From the IMG/VR virus record IMGVR_UViG_2585428081_000003: DNA of 64,000 nucleotides; one strand, given 5' to 3'. This document shows positions 27,324 through 36,232 of this stretch, in pieces (position 1 is the stretch's first letter; the number at the start of each line of letters is the position of its first letter). A program made the translations under genes and the position numbers. The notes below the pieces were generated by a model, which worked only from the letters and a program-made list of their open reading frames with translations, was not told the DNA's origin and searched no databases. This DNA comes from a virus.

Positions 27324-28895
27324 TTAAAACAGCCAATGGATTTTAACTACTTGTTCTCCTGTTATTTTGTTTTTTTCTCCAATTTCTATAAAATCTATAA
27401 GTTCATTTACCATTGTATGAGTTAATTTATCAAAATCCCTATATTTTTTTACTGTTTTAGTCCACTCTCCTATATCATTTGCTTTATTACTTATTTCCTC
27501 AATTTGTTTTTCAATGTTTTTTTTCTTTTGTTCACAAAATTCTTTTCTTTTATTGAATTCAGAATTGAGACTAACAAACATTTCCTCTGAAATTATTCCC
27601 TTTACTTTATCAATATATAATGATTTTAACAACTGGGTTTGTTCCTCCAAGTACATGTCAGTCTTATCGAATTCTTTTTCAAGACTTTTAACTTTATTGT
27701 TTGCTTCACTTTCAATTTTTAATATATTAACAGCATTATCTTCATCTAAATAATTATTTATATACTCTTTTATTTTATTTGTAACAACCTCTTCAAGAGT
27801 ATCTAATCTAATGTAATGAGATGTGCACATTTTATTTTCTTTAGGGGTTTTTAAATAAAGTTTACACCTCAAAAAGGAATATTTTCCTTTATCTTTTGAA
27901 GTTGTACCCTTTTCCATAGTACTTCTACAATCTAAACATTTTACTTTAGTTGCAAATATATGTGCCTGACCCTCACATGTACTTCTTTGTCTAAGTTTAA
28001 AACGTCTTTGCACCTCTAAAAAAACACTTTCCTTAACAATCGGCTCATGAGTGTTTTTCACAACAATCCATTCATCTTTAGGAATCGTAACAAACTTTTT
28101 AGATTTATAACTTACTTTTTTAATTTTTCCTTGTGCCATATGTCCAGCATATAAAGGATTTTGAAGTATCCTTTTAACCGTAGTTCTATTCCAAAGGCTA
28201 TTATTATCAACAGTTTTTTTGTAATTTGATCCTGATCGTTTTTTATAAATTGTAGGATTAGGTATTTGTCTTTTATTTAATTCATGAGTTATTCGTTGAA
28301 TTCCAAAGCCTTCTAAATACCAATCATAGATTTGCCTTACAATTTTAGCAGCTTCTTCATCTACAATAAGTTTATTATTGTCATTTGGATCTTTTATATA
28401 TCCAAAGGCAGCAAACGAACCAATAAATTTACCTGATTTTCTTTTAACATCAAAAGCAGCTTTGACATTGTCGGAAACATCCTCGCAATACCATTCATTA
28501 GTTAAACCAATAATCTGCCTTTGCTTTTTGTTGCCTTTGTTGGAAGTATCCGCATTGTCAACTAAACCAATAAATCTAATGCCCCATTCTATGAATTTTT
28601 TATGAATATATTTTTCTACTGCTTCCATATCTCTTGTAAATCTTGATTGACTTTTACATATAATCGTATCAAACTTCCCAGCTTCCGCATCTTTTAAAAG
28701 TCTATTCCAATCAGGTCTATCTGCATCTAGCCCAGACCAATCATCATCAGAATAAACATCATATATCTGCCAGTTATTTGCTAATGCATAACCTTCCAAA
28801 AGTGCCCTTTGATTTTGAATACTCTCTGATACATCTGAAGGATTGATTTTATCTTTATCTTCTTCTGAAAGTCTACAATACAGAGCTACTTTCAA
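27324..28895 (-). CDS. Large serine recombinase of the ICE (SpoIVCA-like)
   Basis: LYCRLS, YSDDDWSG, KSQSRFTR, GSFAAFGY, CLDC..C zinc ribbon. Confidence 0.95.
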   Translation of the reverse strand: MKVALYCRLSEEDKDKINPSDVSESIQNQRALLEGYALANNWQIYDVYSDDDWSGLDADRPDWNRLLKDAEAGKFDTIICKSQSRFTRDMEAVEKYIHKKFIEWGIRFIGLVDNADTSNKGNKKQRQIIGLTNEWYCEDVSDNVKAAFDVKRKSGKFIGSFAAFGYIKDPNDNNKLIVDEEAAKIVRQIYDWYLEGFGIQRITHELNKRQIPNPTIYKKRSGSNYKKTVDNNSLWNRTTVKRILQNPLYAGHMAQGKIKKVSYKSKKFVTIPKDEWIVVKNTHEPIVKESVFLEVQRRFKLRQRSTCEGQAHIFATKVKCLDCRSTMEKGTTSKDKGKYSFLRCKLYLKTPKENKMCTSHYIRLDTLEEVVTNKIKEYINNYLDEDNAVNILKIESEANNKVKSLEKEFDKTDMYLEEQTQLLKSLYIDKVKGIISEEMFVSLNSEFNKRKEFCEQKKKNIEKQIEEISNKANDIGEWTKTVKKYRDFDKLTHTMVNELIDFIEIGEKNKITGEQVVKIHWLF

Positions 28896-28988
28896 TTTTA
28901 AATTATACCTCCTTTTACCTAACTAATAGGAGATATAACCACTTACTTTATTCTACTTTAGTATAACAAAATAAGTGGTTATAATCAA

Positions 28989-29117
28989 TTAAATAACTTT
29001 TTCTAACTCTTTTTTCTTCATAATTTTTATAAATATTTCATTGAATTTAGTTGCTCTTTGTTTTTTATCCTGGCTTTGAAATTTTTCTTCTACAACTATC
29101 TTTGTATTGCTACTCAA
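28989..29117 (-). CDS. 42-aa basic protein upstream of recombinase; candidate recombination directionality factor
   Basis: MSSNTKIVVEEKFQSQDKKQRATKFNEIFIKIMKKKELEKVI; TTG start, AAAGGGGG RBS. Confidence 0.55.
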   Translation of the reverse strand: MSSNTKIVVEEKFQSQDKKQRATKFNEIFIKIMKKKELEKVI

Positions 29118-29157
29118 AATTATCCCCCTTTCTTTTAAGCTCCCTATGTGTTTACTA

Positions 29158-29186
29158 ATATATGATTGTAAAAGCTTGTATAATTA
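29158..29186 (-). promoter_or_regulatory. Candidate mother-cell sigmaE promoter with SpoIIID-like box
   Basis: AATTATA-14 nt-CATATATT; overlapping TTATACAAGC matches WWRRACARNY at 9/10. Confidence 0.45.
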
Positions 29187-29269
29187 CCGTATTTAGACTA
29201 ATTTTATATGAATACAAAAACAAAATAATTATTTTATATAGTTAATTCTGCTAATCTATTTTTAGTAAT

Positions 29270-29296
29270 AAAAAAAGATAGCCTATTAAAGCTATC
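29270..29296 (-). terminator. GATAGC/GCTATC terminator (copy 1 of 3)
   Basis: Hairpin + T-run; copies at 31515-31540 and 32540-32566. Confidence 0.75.
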
Positions 29297-29323
29297 CTAT
29301 ATATGTATAATTTCTATTCAATT

Positions 29324-29647
29324 TTATCTTTCTATTTCCCAATCTTTTTCATCTTCAATATTAGTATTTATGCTTTCATCCATAGTAACTGCTACTTCTT
29401 TAATTGTTTCTTGATGCAATTCTAATAACATTATTTTTTCTATATTATTAACATCCGGAAAAACAACTTTTATATTAAGTTTAATAAGTTGTCTTATCTG
29501 TTTCATATTATTATTTATGATTTTTTGAATTGTTGTATGAACAGGTACGGCATTCCCATTTTCCTTATTTCTCATCAGCTTTGGATCTTTAACTTTATTA
29601 AAAAAATCATCTTTAATATGATACGCATATCCCTCTTTAAATTCCAT
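29324..29647 (-). pseudogene. Internally deleted CptN-like type III toxin
   Basis: GYAYHIKDDFF...LMRNKENGN start and VVFPDVNNIEKIML end, middle missing; no antitoxin repeats upstream. Confidence 0.65.
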
Positions 29648-29683
29648 AAAAAACCGCCTTATTTTGTAATTACATAATTTATA

Positions 29684-31105
29684 TTAGTTTCCCTTATCTT
29701 CTGGCTTTTTACTAATATTGCCAATATCATATTTATTTTTGTCACTTAATGGTTTCCAATTGTTTATTCTAGATATCACCTTACAAATATATTCTTTTGC
29801 ATTTTCGTCTTGAAGTAATATTTTTGCTTTTTGATTATTAAAAAATATATGTGGAGATATCTTATCCGCATATGTTTTTTTATTTACATTAATAAATTCT
29901 AACCCATACCTTAAATCTTCATAATCTAAATATACTTTATAATCTGTTCCCATTAATAACTTTTCAAGCTTATTTTTAATAATAGTATAATTGGTTTCAT
30001 TAACAACTAGTTTTGCTTGTAATATAATATCCCTTTCACATATAGTAGGATTCTTTTCTGTTAGCTTCCTCCCATATATTTTCATAAAATTTTTGTTAGT
30101 TAAATATAATTCACTTTCTATTCTTTGCTTATCATCTCTAAACTTGAAATAAATATTTTTATCATCTAATCCTGATATGGATACTCTGTCTCCTGTCAAC
30201 ATATTTTTAAAATTTTCTAGTAGTCCATATATAAAATCTTTTTCATAAATCAAAGGAATTATTTGATTACTAATAATTGAGGAATTGTTTCTTATGTCAT
30301 TAATTAATTCCTCTTGATTATATGAATCTTGATTTATAATCCAATTGTAGATTTGCTTTGTGCATATGAGTTTATTGCCTTTATTTTTATCAATAAAACT
30401 CCATGCTTGTATCATTAATTTTTTTCTTTCATCCATAAGAATTCCAAATCTTTCTAAACTTTTTTCAGATCCCATCCCTTTTATATAATTTTTGAAAATT
30501 ATATTTGCTTCTTTATGAATATTTAATATGTTGTTATGTAAATTTGCAGGCAAAATTATAGGTAAATTATTATATTCAAAATTCCATTTTGATAACATTT
30601 CCCTAGCATCAGGAAATACTTTATTAAAATCTTCTAAATACTTTAATTCAGCATATTCTCTCATCCTTTTATTTTTATATTGTTTTGGGGTCATTCCTTT
30701 TGGTAGTTTAGCATCTATACCTGGAAATTTTTCAATACACTCAGAACCAACATTTAATTTTTTATTATTATACCTATTGATTATATAATATATATATACG
30801 TTCCTTCTGCCACATAAAGAGCACTGTACTCTATCTTTTACGTTTGGTGGATCTATTATATCCATAGTTCCAGTTCCATACCACTCTTGTTCTGCTTGCT
30901 TCTTAATATCTTTAAAAACAAATAAGATTAAATTTTTTAGTTCATCATCAAAATCTTTATTCCCTATAATATCTTTTTCATAAATCCTTTTATATTTCTT
31001 TAAAACTTTCTTTAACTTAGGATATCTTTCTATAATTACACTATTCAATACAAGCTGTCTTTCTTCCTTATCTATCAATACCCTACGTTTTCTTTTCTTT
31101 TTCAT
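29684..31105 (-). CDS. Hypothetical 473-aa protein with zinc-finger-like motif
   Basis: CSLCG...VGSEC motif; Lys/Asn/Ile-rich. Confidence 0.6.
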   Translation of the reverse strand: MKKKRKRRVLIDKEERQLVLNSVIIERYPKLKKVLKKYKRIYEKDIIGNKDFDDELKNLILFVFKDIKKQAEQEWYGTGTMDIIDPPNVKDRVQCSLCGRRNVYIYYIINRYNNKKLNVGSECIEKFPGIDAKLPKGMTPKQYKNKRMREYAELKYLEDFNKVFPDAREMLSKWNFEYNNLPIILPANLHNNILNIHKEANIIFKNYIKGMGSEKSLERFGILMDERKKLMIQAWSFIDKNKGNKLICTKQIYNWIINQDSYNQEELINDIRNNSSIISNQIIPLIYEKDFIYGLLENFKNMLTGDRVSISGLDDKNIYFKFRDDKQRIESELYLTNKNFMKIYGRKLTEKNPTICERDIILQAKLVVNETNYTIIKNKLEKLLMGTDYKVYLDYEDLRYGLEFINVNKKTYADKISPHIFFNNQKAKILLQDENAKEYICKVISRINNWKPLSDKNKYDIGNISKKPEDKGN

Positions 31106-31181
31106 AGTGTTTTCCCCCTTTTTTATCTCTATATGCTTAATTAGACAAAAAAAGGGGAAATCCTTCTTTTTAGCTACAACC

Positions 31182-31481
31182 TTATTTTAAAGCTTTATTC
31201 CCTCCTTTCTTCTTCCTCATCTCTTCAATCACTCCCCAAGTTCTAGCCCAACATTCAAATTCTTCTTTAGGATCAGTGTAATGACTTATACCCATGCATC
31301 CTAAGTCATTTAAACCATCTTCATCATCCATAAATACATAATCTTCAACATTTTTAGAATGACAATAAGGACAAATTATTTCTTCTGTAGCATTTTCTCT
31401 TTGATATTCACTCAAAATAAACTCTTTGTCGCAAGTAAAACAATGATACTTTTCTAAATTATCCAATACATATGAAGACAT
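31182..31481 (-). CDS. Small zinc-ribbon protein
   Basis: CFTC...CPYC. Confidence 0.6.
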   Translation of the reverse strand: MSSYVLDNLEKYHCFTCDKEFILSEYQRENATEEIICPYCHSKNVEDYVFMDDEDGLNDLGCMGISHYTDPKEEFECWARTWGVIEEMRKKKGGNKALK

Positions 31482-31514
31482 AAAAATCCCCCTTAATTTT
31501 ATTTTTTATATAAT

Positions 31515-31540
31515 AAAAAAGATAGCTCATAAAAGCTATC
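31515..31540 (-). terminator. GATAGC/GCTATC terminator (copy 2)
   Basis: Hairpin + T-run ~27 nt downstream of 383-bp element copy 1. Confidence 0.75.
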
Positions 31541-31566
31541 CTATATATGTAAAATTGTTATTATTT

Positions 31567-31949
31567 TATATGTACAATCTATAATATTTCAAGCTATCCT
31601 TGGTTAAAGGATACATAGCACCAAAATATGGTAACCATCGGAAACCAATATTCTAGTAACTCTCCGATTTTATCCGAGCCACTCTCCAGGGGATCTCCTA
31701 GGACTGAATGGAAGTATCATTATTTCCCCCCTGCTGGTCATGGCGATATAGGTTACCAACCTATTTTGAGTGTTGAATATGGATATTGAAAAAATATCCG
31801 TCCACTCTTTCGCTCTTCCCTACTAGGCAGCAAGAGTAATGTACTTGAAATACTTATATCCATTTTTCAAAGTTCAAATGCTTGTACTACTTTTATATAT
31901 TTAAATATGTGGGCTTATTTAAAAGCTCATACATATATAAATCAAAGTT
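31567..31949 (-). ncRNA. 383-bp structured non-coding element, copy 1 (candidate ncRNA)
   Basis: Own sigmaA promoter upstream and terminator downstream, many hairpins, no ORF in track; 6 substitutions + 2 indels vs copy 2. Confidence 0.55.
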
Positions 31950-31981
31950 GGTATAACGAAGAAATAATTGGTTATAATCAT

Positions 31982-32010
31982 ATTGTATATTTTCGTATAC
32001 ATAATGTCAA
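31982..32010 (-). promoter_or_regulatory. sigmaA promoter with palindromic operator
   Basis: TTGACA-17-TACAAT; TGTATA-N6-TATACA palindrome overlapping it. Confidence 0.7.
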
Positions 32011-32073
32011 GTATAATAAACTTTGATTTTATTGTTTTATTTCTTTTTTTAATTTTTTATATTACAATAGTAA

Positions 32074-32511
32074 TTGAGGAGTGATGAAATGGATACGTTG
32101 CAAGAAATACTAATAAATAAAAGAAAAGATTTAGGTCTAAGCCTTCGTAAAGCAGCAAAATTAATAGGCATCAGTCATTCTTATTTAAATAATTTAGAAA
32201 AAGGCATTGATCCTAATACGAAAGCTCCTGTCAACCCCACTCCTGAAACACTGTCTTTAATTAGTGAAGCCTATAAAATTGACTATAATGAATTAATGAT
32301 AGCAGCTGGTTATATAACTGTTGGTGAAAATACAAAAGTATATGACCAAGATGAAACCAAAGAAGGAATAGAGGATATGCTTAATTATTATAGAAGTCTA
32401 CAGCTTTCAAATTTAATTTTAGAGCTATCCCCTAAAAATCAAGAAAGAGTAATTGAGTATGTAAAACTATTAAAATTAAGCGAAAAACAAGGTTTAGACT
32501 TAGACGAATAA
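32074..32511 (+). CDS. XRE-family repressor
   Basis: LSLRKAAKLIGISHSYLNNLEKG HTH. Confidence 0.85.
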   Translation: MRSDEMDTLQEILINKRKDLGLSLRKAAKLIGISHSYLNNLEKGIDPNTKAPVNPTPETLSLISEAYKIDYNELMIAAGYITVGENTKVYDQDETKEGIEDMLNYYRSLQLSNLILELSPKNQERVIEYVKLLKLSEKQGLDLDE

Positions 32512-32539
32512 ATAATTTTAATAATATTTATTTTGCTAT

Positions 32540-32566
32540 AAAAAAAGATAGCCTATAAAAGCTATC
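32540..32566 (-). terminator. GATAGC/GCTATC terminator (copy 3)
   Basis: Hairpin after toxN; likely bidirectional. Confidence 0.75.
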
Positions 32567-32594
32567 CATAACGCACATAATTTCTATATAATTT

Positions 32595-33167
32595 TTATCT
32601 CTCTATTTCCCAATCATTTTTATTTTTATTTTCTTTTTCAATATCCCTATCTTCTATTTTCTTTGTAGCAGCTACTTCTTCAATTGGCTGTAGATAAGAT
32701 TGATATTCTAAGCATTTTTCTTCTAGAAGCTTAAAATCACAACAATTTTTTATCAGCGTTTTATCATAACCAGAATTATATCGTTTGTAAATATAATTAG
32801 CTTTAGATATTATTTTATCTTTAATGGAATTGCAATATTGCCATTCTTCTAATAGCAACCTTCTATATTTATATTCCTCTTTAGAAAAATTTTTTATTTT
32901 TATTTCATTCTTAGGAATAGGGATCATAAAACTAAACCTTATACTACTAATTGTTTCTCCATTAGAATTTTTTATTAGGATATTTGTTTTTTGTTGCTTG
33001 CTAAATGATGAAATTGGTGCAAAATAATCAAAACCATCCACCGAAAGCACAACACCACATACAAATTTATTATTTTTATCATAATTTATATTTGGTATTT
33101 TAGATTCAAATAATTTTAAATAATTTATGTACTGATTTGAAACCTCATAGAACATTAACTTCCCCAT
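32595..33167 (-). CDS. toxN: Type III toxin, ToxN/AbiQ family endoribonuclease
   Basis: YINYLK.F, GVVL, YFAPISS, SIRFSFMIP motifs; repeat array and terminator upstream. Confidence 0.9.
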   Translation of the reverse strand: MGKLMFYEVSNQYINYLKLFESKIPNINYDKNNKFVCGVVLSVDGFDYFAPISSFSKQQKTNILIKNSNGETISSIRFSFMIPIPKNEIKIKNFSKEEYKYRRLLLEEWQYCNSIKDKIISKANYIYKRYNSGYDKTLIKNCCDFKLLEEKCLEYQSYLQPIEEVAATKKIEDRDIEKENKNKNDWEIER

Positions 33168-33186
33168 AACATCCCCCTAAAAAGTA

Positions 33187-33216
33187 GAATGCGACTAGAA
33201 AATTCTAGTCGTATTC
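33187..33216 (-). terminator. ToxI/ToxN intergenic terminator
   Basis: GAATACGACTAGAA-TT-TTCTAGTCGCATTC hairpin then TACTTTT. Confidence 0.85.
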
Positions 33217-33222
33217 AGAATT

Positions 33223-33333
33223 ACAAGTCGCTCTTACTGTGGCGAAACACCCTGTATAAACAAGTCGCTCTTATTGTGGCGAAACACCCTGTATAAGCAA
33301 GTCGCTCTTACTGTGGCGAAACACCTTGTATTA
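33223..33333 (-). ncRNA. toxI: Type III antitoxin RNA (ToxI/antiQ-like), 3 x 37-nt repeats
   Basis: Repeats 33223-59, 33260-96, 33297-333 without spacers; TTGACA(33401-06)-17-TATAAT(33378-83) promoter. Confidence 0.9.
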
Positions 33334-33442
33334 TTAATTTCTTAACTTAAATTTGATAGTTTCCTATCGTTAATATTATTATACTTAAATACGTAAATTA
33401 TGTCAAATATATATGTTGTACTAAGACGATATATATAAAAAC

Positions 33443-33825
33443 TATATGTACAATCTATAATATTTCAAGCTATCCTTGGTTAAAGGATACATAGTACCAA
33501 AATATGGTCACCATCGGAAACCAATACTCTAGTAACTCTCTGATTTTATCCGAGCCACTTCTCCAGGGGATCTCCTAGGACTGAATGGAAGTATCATTAT
33601 TTCCCTCCTGCTGGTCATGGCGATATAGATTACCAACCTATTTTGAGTGTTGAATATGGATATTGAAAAAATATCCGTCCACTCTTTCGCTCTTCCCTAC
33701 TAGGCAGCAAGAGTAATGTACTTGAAATACTTATATCCATTTTTCAAAGTTCAAATGCTTGTACTACTTTTATATATTTAAATATGTGGGCTTATTAAAA
33801 GCTCATACATATATAAATCAAAGTT
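33443..33825 (-). repeat. 383-bp structured non-coding element, copy 2
   Basis: ~98% identical to 31567-31949; begins right after stop of the HTH gene 33828-34046. Confidence 0.9.
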
Positions 33826-33827
33826 AA

Positions 33828-34046
33828 TTAGTTATTATTTATGATAATTTCGTTTAAAAAAATATCATCATCTTCTGTTCTTAATATCTTTTTTAAAATT
33901 AAACTAACTTCTAAAGATGGAGTAATTATGCCTAGTTCATAGCTTGTATATGTACTTCGGCTTCTACCTATCTTTTTAGCTATATCCTTTTGAGTCAATC
34001 CTAATTCTTTTCTTCTCTTAATCATATTCTTCCTTATTTTAATCAC
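33828..34046 (-). CDS. Cro-like XRE regulator
   Basis: LTQKDIAKKIGRSRSTYTSYELG. Confidence 0.85.
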   Translation of the reverse strand: MIKIRKNMIKRRKELGLTQKDIAKKIGRSRSTYTSYELGIITPSLEVSLILKKILRTEDDDIFLNEIIINNN

Positions 34047-34077
34047 TCCCTAAAAAATAGATAAAATCTATAATTAA

Positions 34078-34106
34078 ATTATAGTCATTTTAAATGACCA
34101 TGTCAA
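34078..34106 (-). promoter_or_regulatory. sigmaA promoter with operator in the spacer
   Basis: TTGACA-17-TATAAT; perfect palindrome GTCATTT-T-AAATGAC at 34084-34098. Confidence 0.8.
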
Positions 34107-34196
34107 TAGTTTTACCATGGAATGTTTTTATTAATGACATTAGTGGATATTAATTGTTTTAATTACTATAATCAAATTAATAGGGGAGGTCATATT

Positions 34197-34598
34197 ATGA
34201 ATAATATTTCTTTATTTAAATATAGGCTTAAAACATTAAGAAAAGAATATAAAATGACCCAAGAAAACTTAGCTGAAAAACTTGGACTTGTTCGAACTGC
34301 TATTGCAAACTATGAAACAGGAAGAACTACTCCTGATGCTGAAACATTAAGTTTAATAGCTGATATTTTTAATACCACTACTGATTATCTTTTGGGTAGA
34401 ACAGATATTAGAAAACGTGTAAATAATAGTGAAAGAATAGAAAAAAAGCCCTCTATTAAAGATGAACTCTCTGAAGAAATACATAATCTATCTCCTCAAA
34501 GCCAAGAAGAAATAAAAAAACTAATTGATTTATATAAAATAAAAGATATGCAAGATAAAAATACTGAGCTTTCGGATGAAATCTCGAAGCCAGACTAA
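34197..34598 (+). CDS. ImmR-like XRE repressor (ORF track starts 34122)
   Basis: MTQENLAEKLGLVRTAIANYETG; GGGGAGGT RBS before ATG 34197. Confidence 0.85.
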   Translation: MNNISLFKYRLKTLRKEYKMTQENLAEKLGLVRTAIANYETGRTTPDAETLSLIADIFNTTTDYLLGRTDIRKRVNNSERIEKKPSIKDELSEEIHNLSPQSQEEIKKLIDLYKIKDMQDKNTELSDEISKPD

Positions 34599-34804
34599 AG
34601 AAAAGTATACAGATTAGGAAAACGTTATTATTGAGTGAACTTAAGGGTAAGTAAGTGGACAAGCAATATAAATTTACATATATGCTTGAAAAGTATTATT
34701 CCGCAAGGAATATATTTTTTTAGTCCTTCCTGCGGAAAATGTTGGTGTTTATGGAAACCGATTGTAGAATTATGTCGAAAAATATTTTGTGTTGGAGTGA
34801 TCTC

Positions 34805-36040
34805 ATGGCCCAAATGTTTCCACCTTCAATAAAAGGTTTTACAAATGAAAATTATAGTGAAATAGAATTATATATGTTTTTAAAATATGCTTTACCAGAC
34901 AATTATTATGTATTTTGGAATATTCGAGTTGAAAATCATTATCCTGATTTTATAATATTGGAACCTAAACTAGGCTTAATAATTCTAGAAGTAAAAGCTT
35001 GGAAGTTAGGCACTATATCAAGTGCAAATGCTAAAAACTACCATTTTAAGCCCAACAATGAAATTAAAATAAATCCACTTGAACAGGCAAGAGGTTATAC
35101 TAATGACTTATCAAATTTTCTAAAAAAAGAAAAAAGACTTTGCCAATCAGATGGATTATATAAAGGTAATCTTAAATTTTGTTATACATATGGTGTTGTC
35201 TTTACAAATATAACTAAAGAAGACTTTTTAAATAGCATAATTTATGAATCTATTAACGAACGGTTTATACTGTTTAAAGATGAGATTGAACATATAGAAA
35301 ATAAGCAAGATTTAAAATTGCTAAAACAAAAATTCAAAAATATGTTTGTCAAAGAAAATAGTTTCAATTTTAATCCTTTGTCTCAAGATGACATTGAACT
35401 GATTAAAAAAGTATTATATAAAGAAAACACTCTGCCAAATGATGAAAGTAGCGAAGAGGAAGAAAATATAGAAATTAAAAATTGCAAACCACCTGTTGAA
35501 GCTATACCAGTAAAAAAAGAAAAACTTAGCATAAAAAAACTTGTAATTAAAATTTTAACTATATACTGGATAATAAGTTTAATTATATTATCATTAAACT
35601 TATGCATAGGTTTATATACCGCATATAAAAAAGATATATCTAGGGCAGCTAGTAAATTCATTACAAAGTTTAACAATAAATTAGAAATATTTACTCAAAA
35701 TAAAACAAATAAATATGTAGAATCAAAACCTATAATGACATTTAAAGTGGGAAGCCATCCTGGATCAAAGGGTACTTTTATCCTTATAAAAGATGGTAAA
35801 AAGCATTTAGTAAATAAAATTTTTACGGAGGGCTCCATTATTGAATTTTATAATAATAAAAAGGTTGTCATTCTTGATTCTAAATCAGATAAAAAAGAAT
35901 TTAATATAGAAAATGATATCATAGATTTAGAAGTTGGAAATACTTATACAAAAATTTATCTACAAGATAAGGAACATAAATACATAAAGGATTTTAAATA
36001 TGATTTTGTAAATAAGGTTATTAGTGAAATTAAAAAATAA
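34805..36040 (+). CDS. NERD nuclease-like domain protein with transmembrane helix (ORF track starts 34739)
   Basis: PDFIIL...GLIILEVKAW, NPLEQAR; hydrophobic ILTIYWIISLIILSLNLCIGLY; GGAGTG RBS. Confidence 0.75.
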   Translation: MAQMFPPSIKGFTNENYSEIELYMFLKYALPDNYYVFWNIRVENHYPDFIILEPKLGLIILEVKAWKLGTISSANAKNYHFKPNNEIKINPLEQARGYTNDLSNFLKKEKRLCQSDGLYKGNLKFCYTYGVVFTNITKEDFLNSIIYESINERFILFKDEIEHIENKQDLKLLKQKFKNMFVKENSFNFNPLSQDDIELIKKVLYKENTLPNDESSEEEENIEIKNCKPPVEAIPVKKEKLSIKKLVIKILTIYWIISLIILSLNLCIGLYTAYKKDISRAASKFITKFNNKLEIFTQNKTNKYVESKPIMTFKVGSHPGSKGTFILIKDGKKHLVNKIFTEGSIIEFYNNKKVVILDSKSDKKEFNIENDIIDLEVGNTYTKIYLQDKEHKYIKDFKYDFVNKVISEIKK

Positions 36041-36232
36041 AGGATTTTATAAGTAGTATAAAAGTTTATATTTATTGAAATTTTATTCTGAAAGGCATAT
36101 ATTTTTTAATCATGTTACCAAAAACATTAGTATTTATAGGAGGTGATTGTAAGGTTTTGCAGAGTATTATTGTATAGTATTTGTGTTATTTAAATTTGGG
36201 AATAATCTAGTTTTGCAAAATATTTAAAGAAG

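Noticed and set aside
33223-33333. CRISPR array
   Set aside because: 37-nt units are contiguous with no spacers, no cas genes are present, and the promoter-repeats-terminator-ToxN layout is that of a type III antitoxin.
31567-33825. Diversity-generating retroelement TR/VR pair or IS ends
   Set aside because: No reverse transcriptase or transposase; the differences are not adenine-specific and neither copy is in a coding region.
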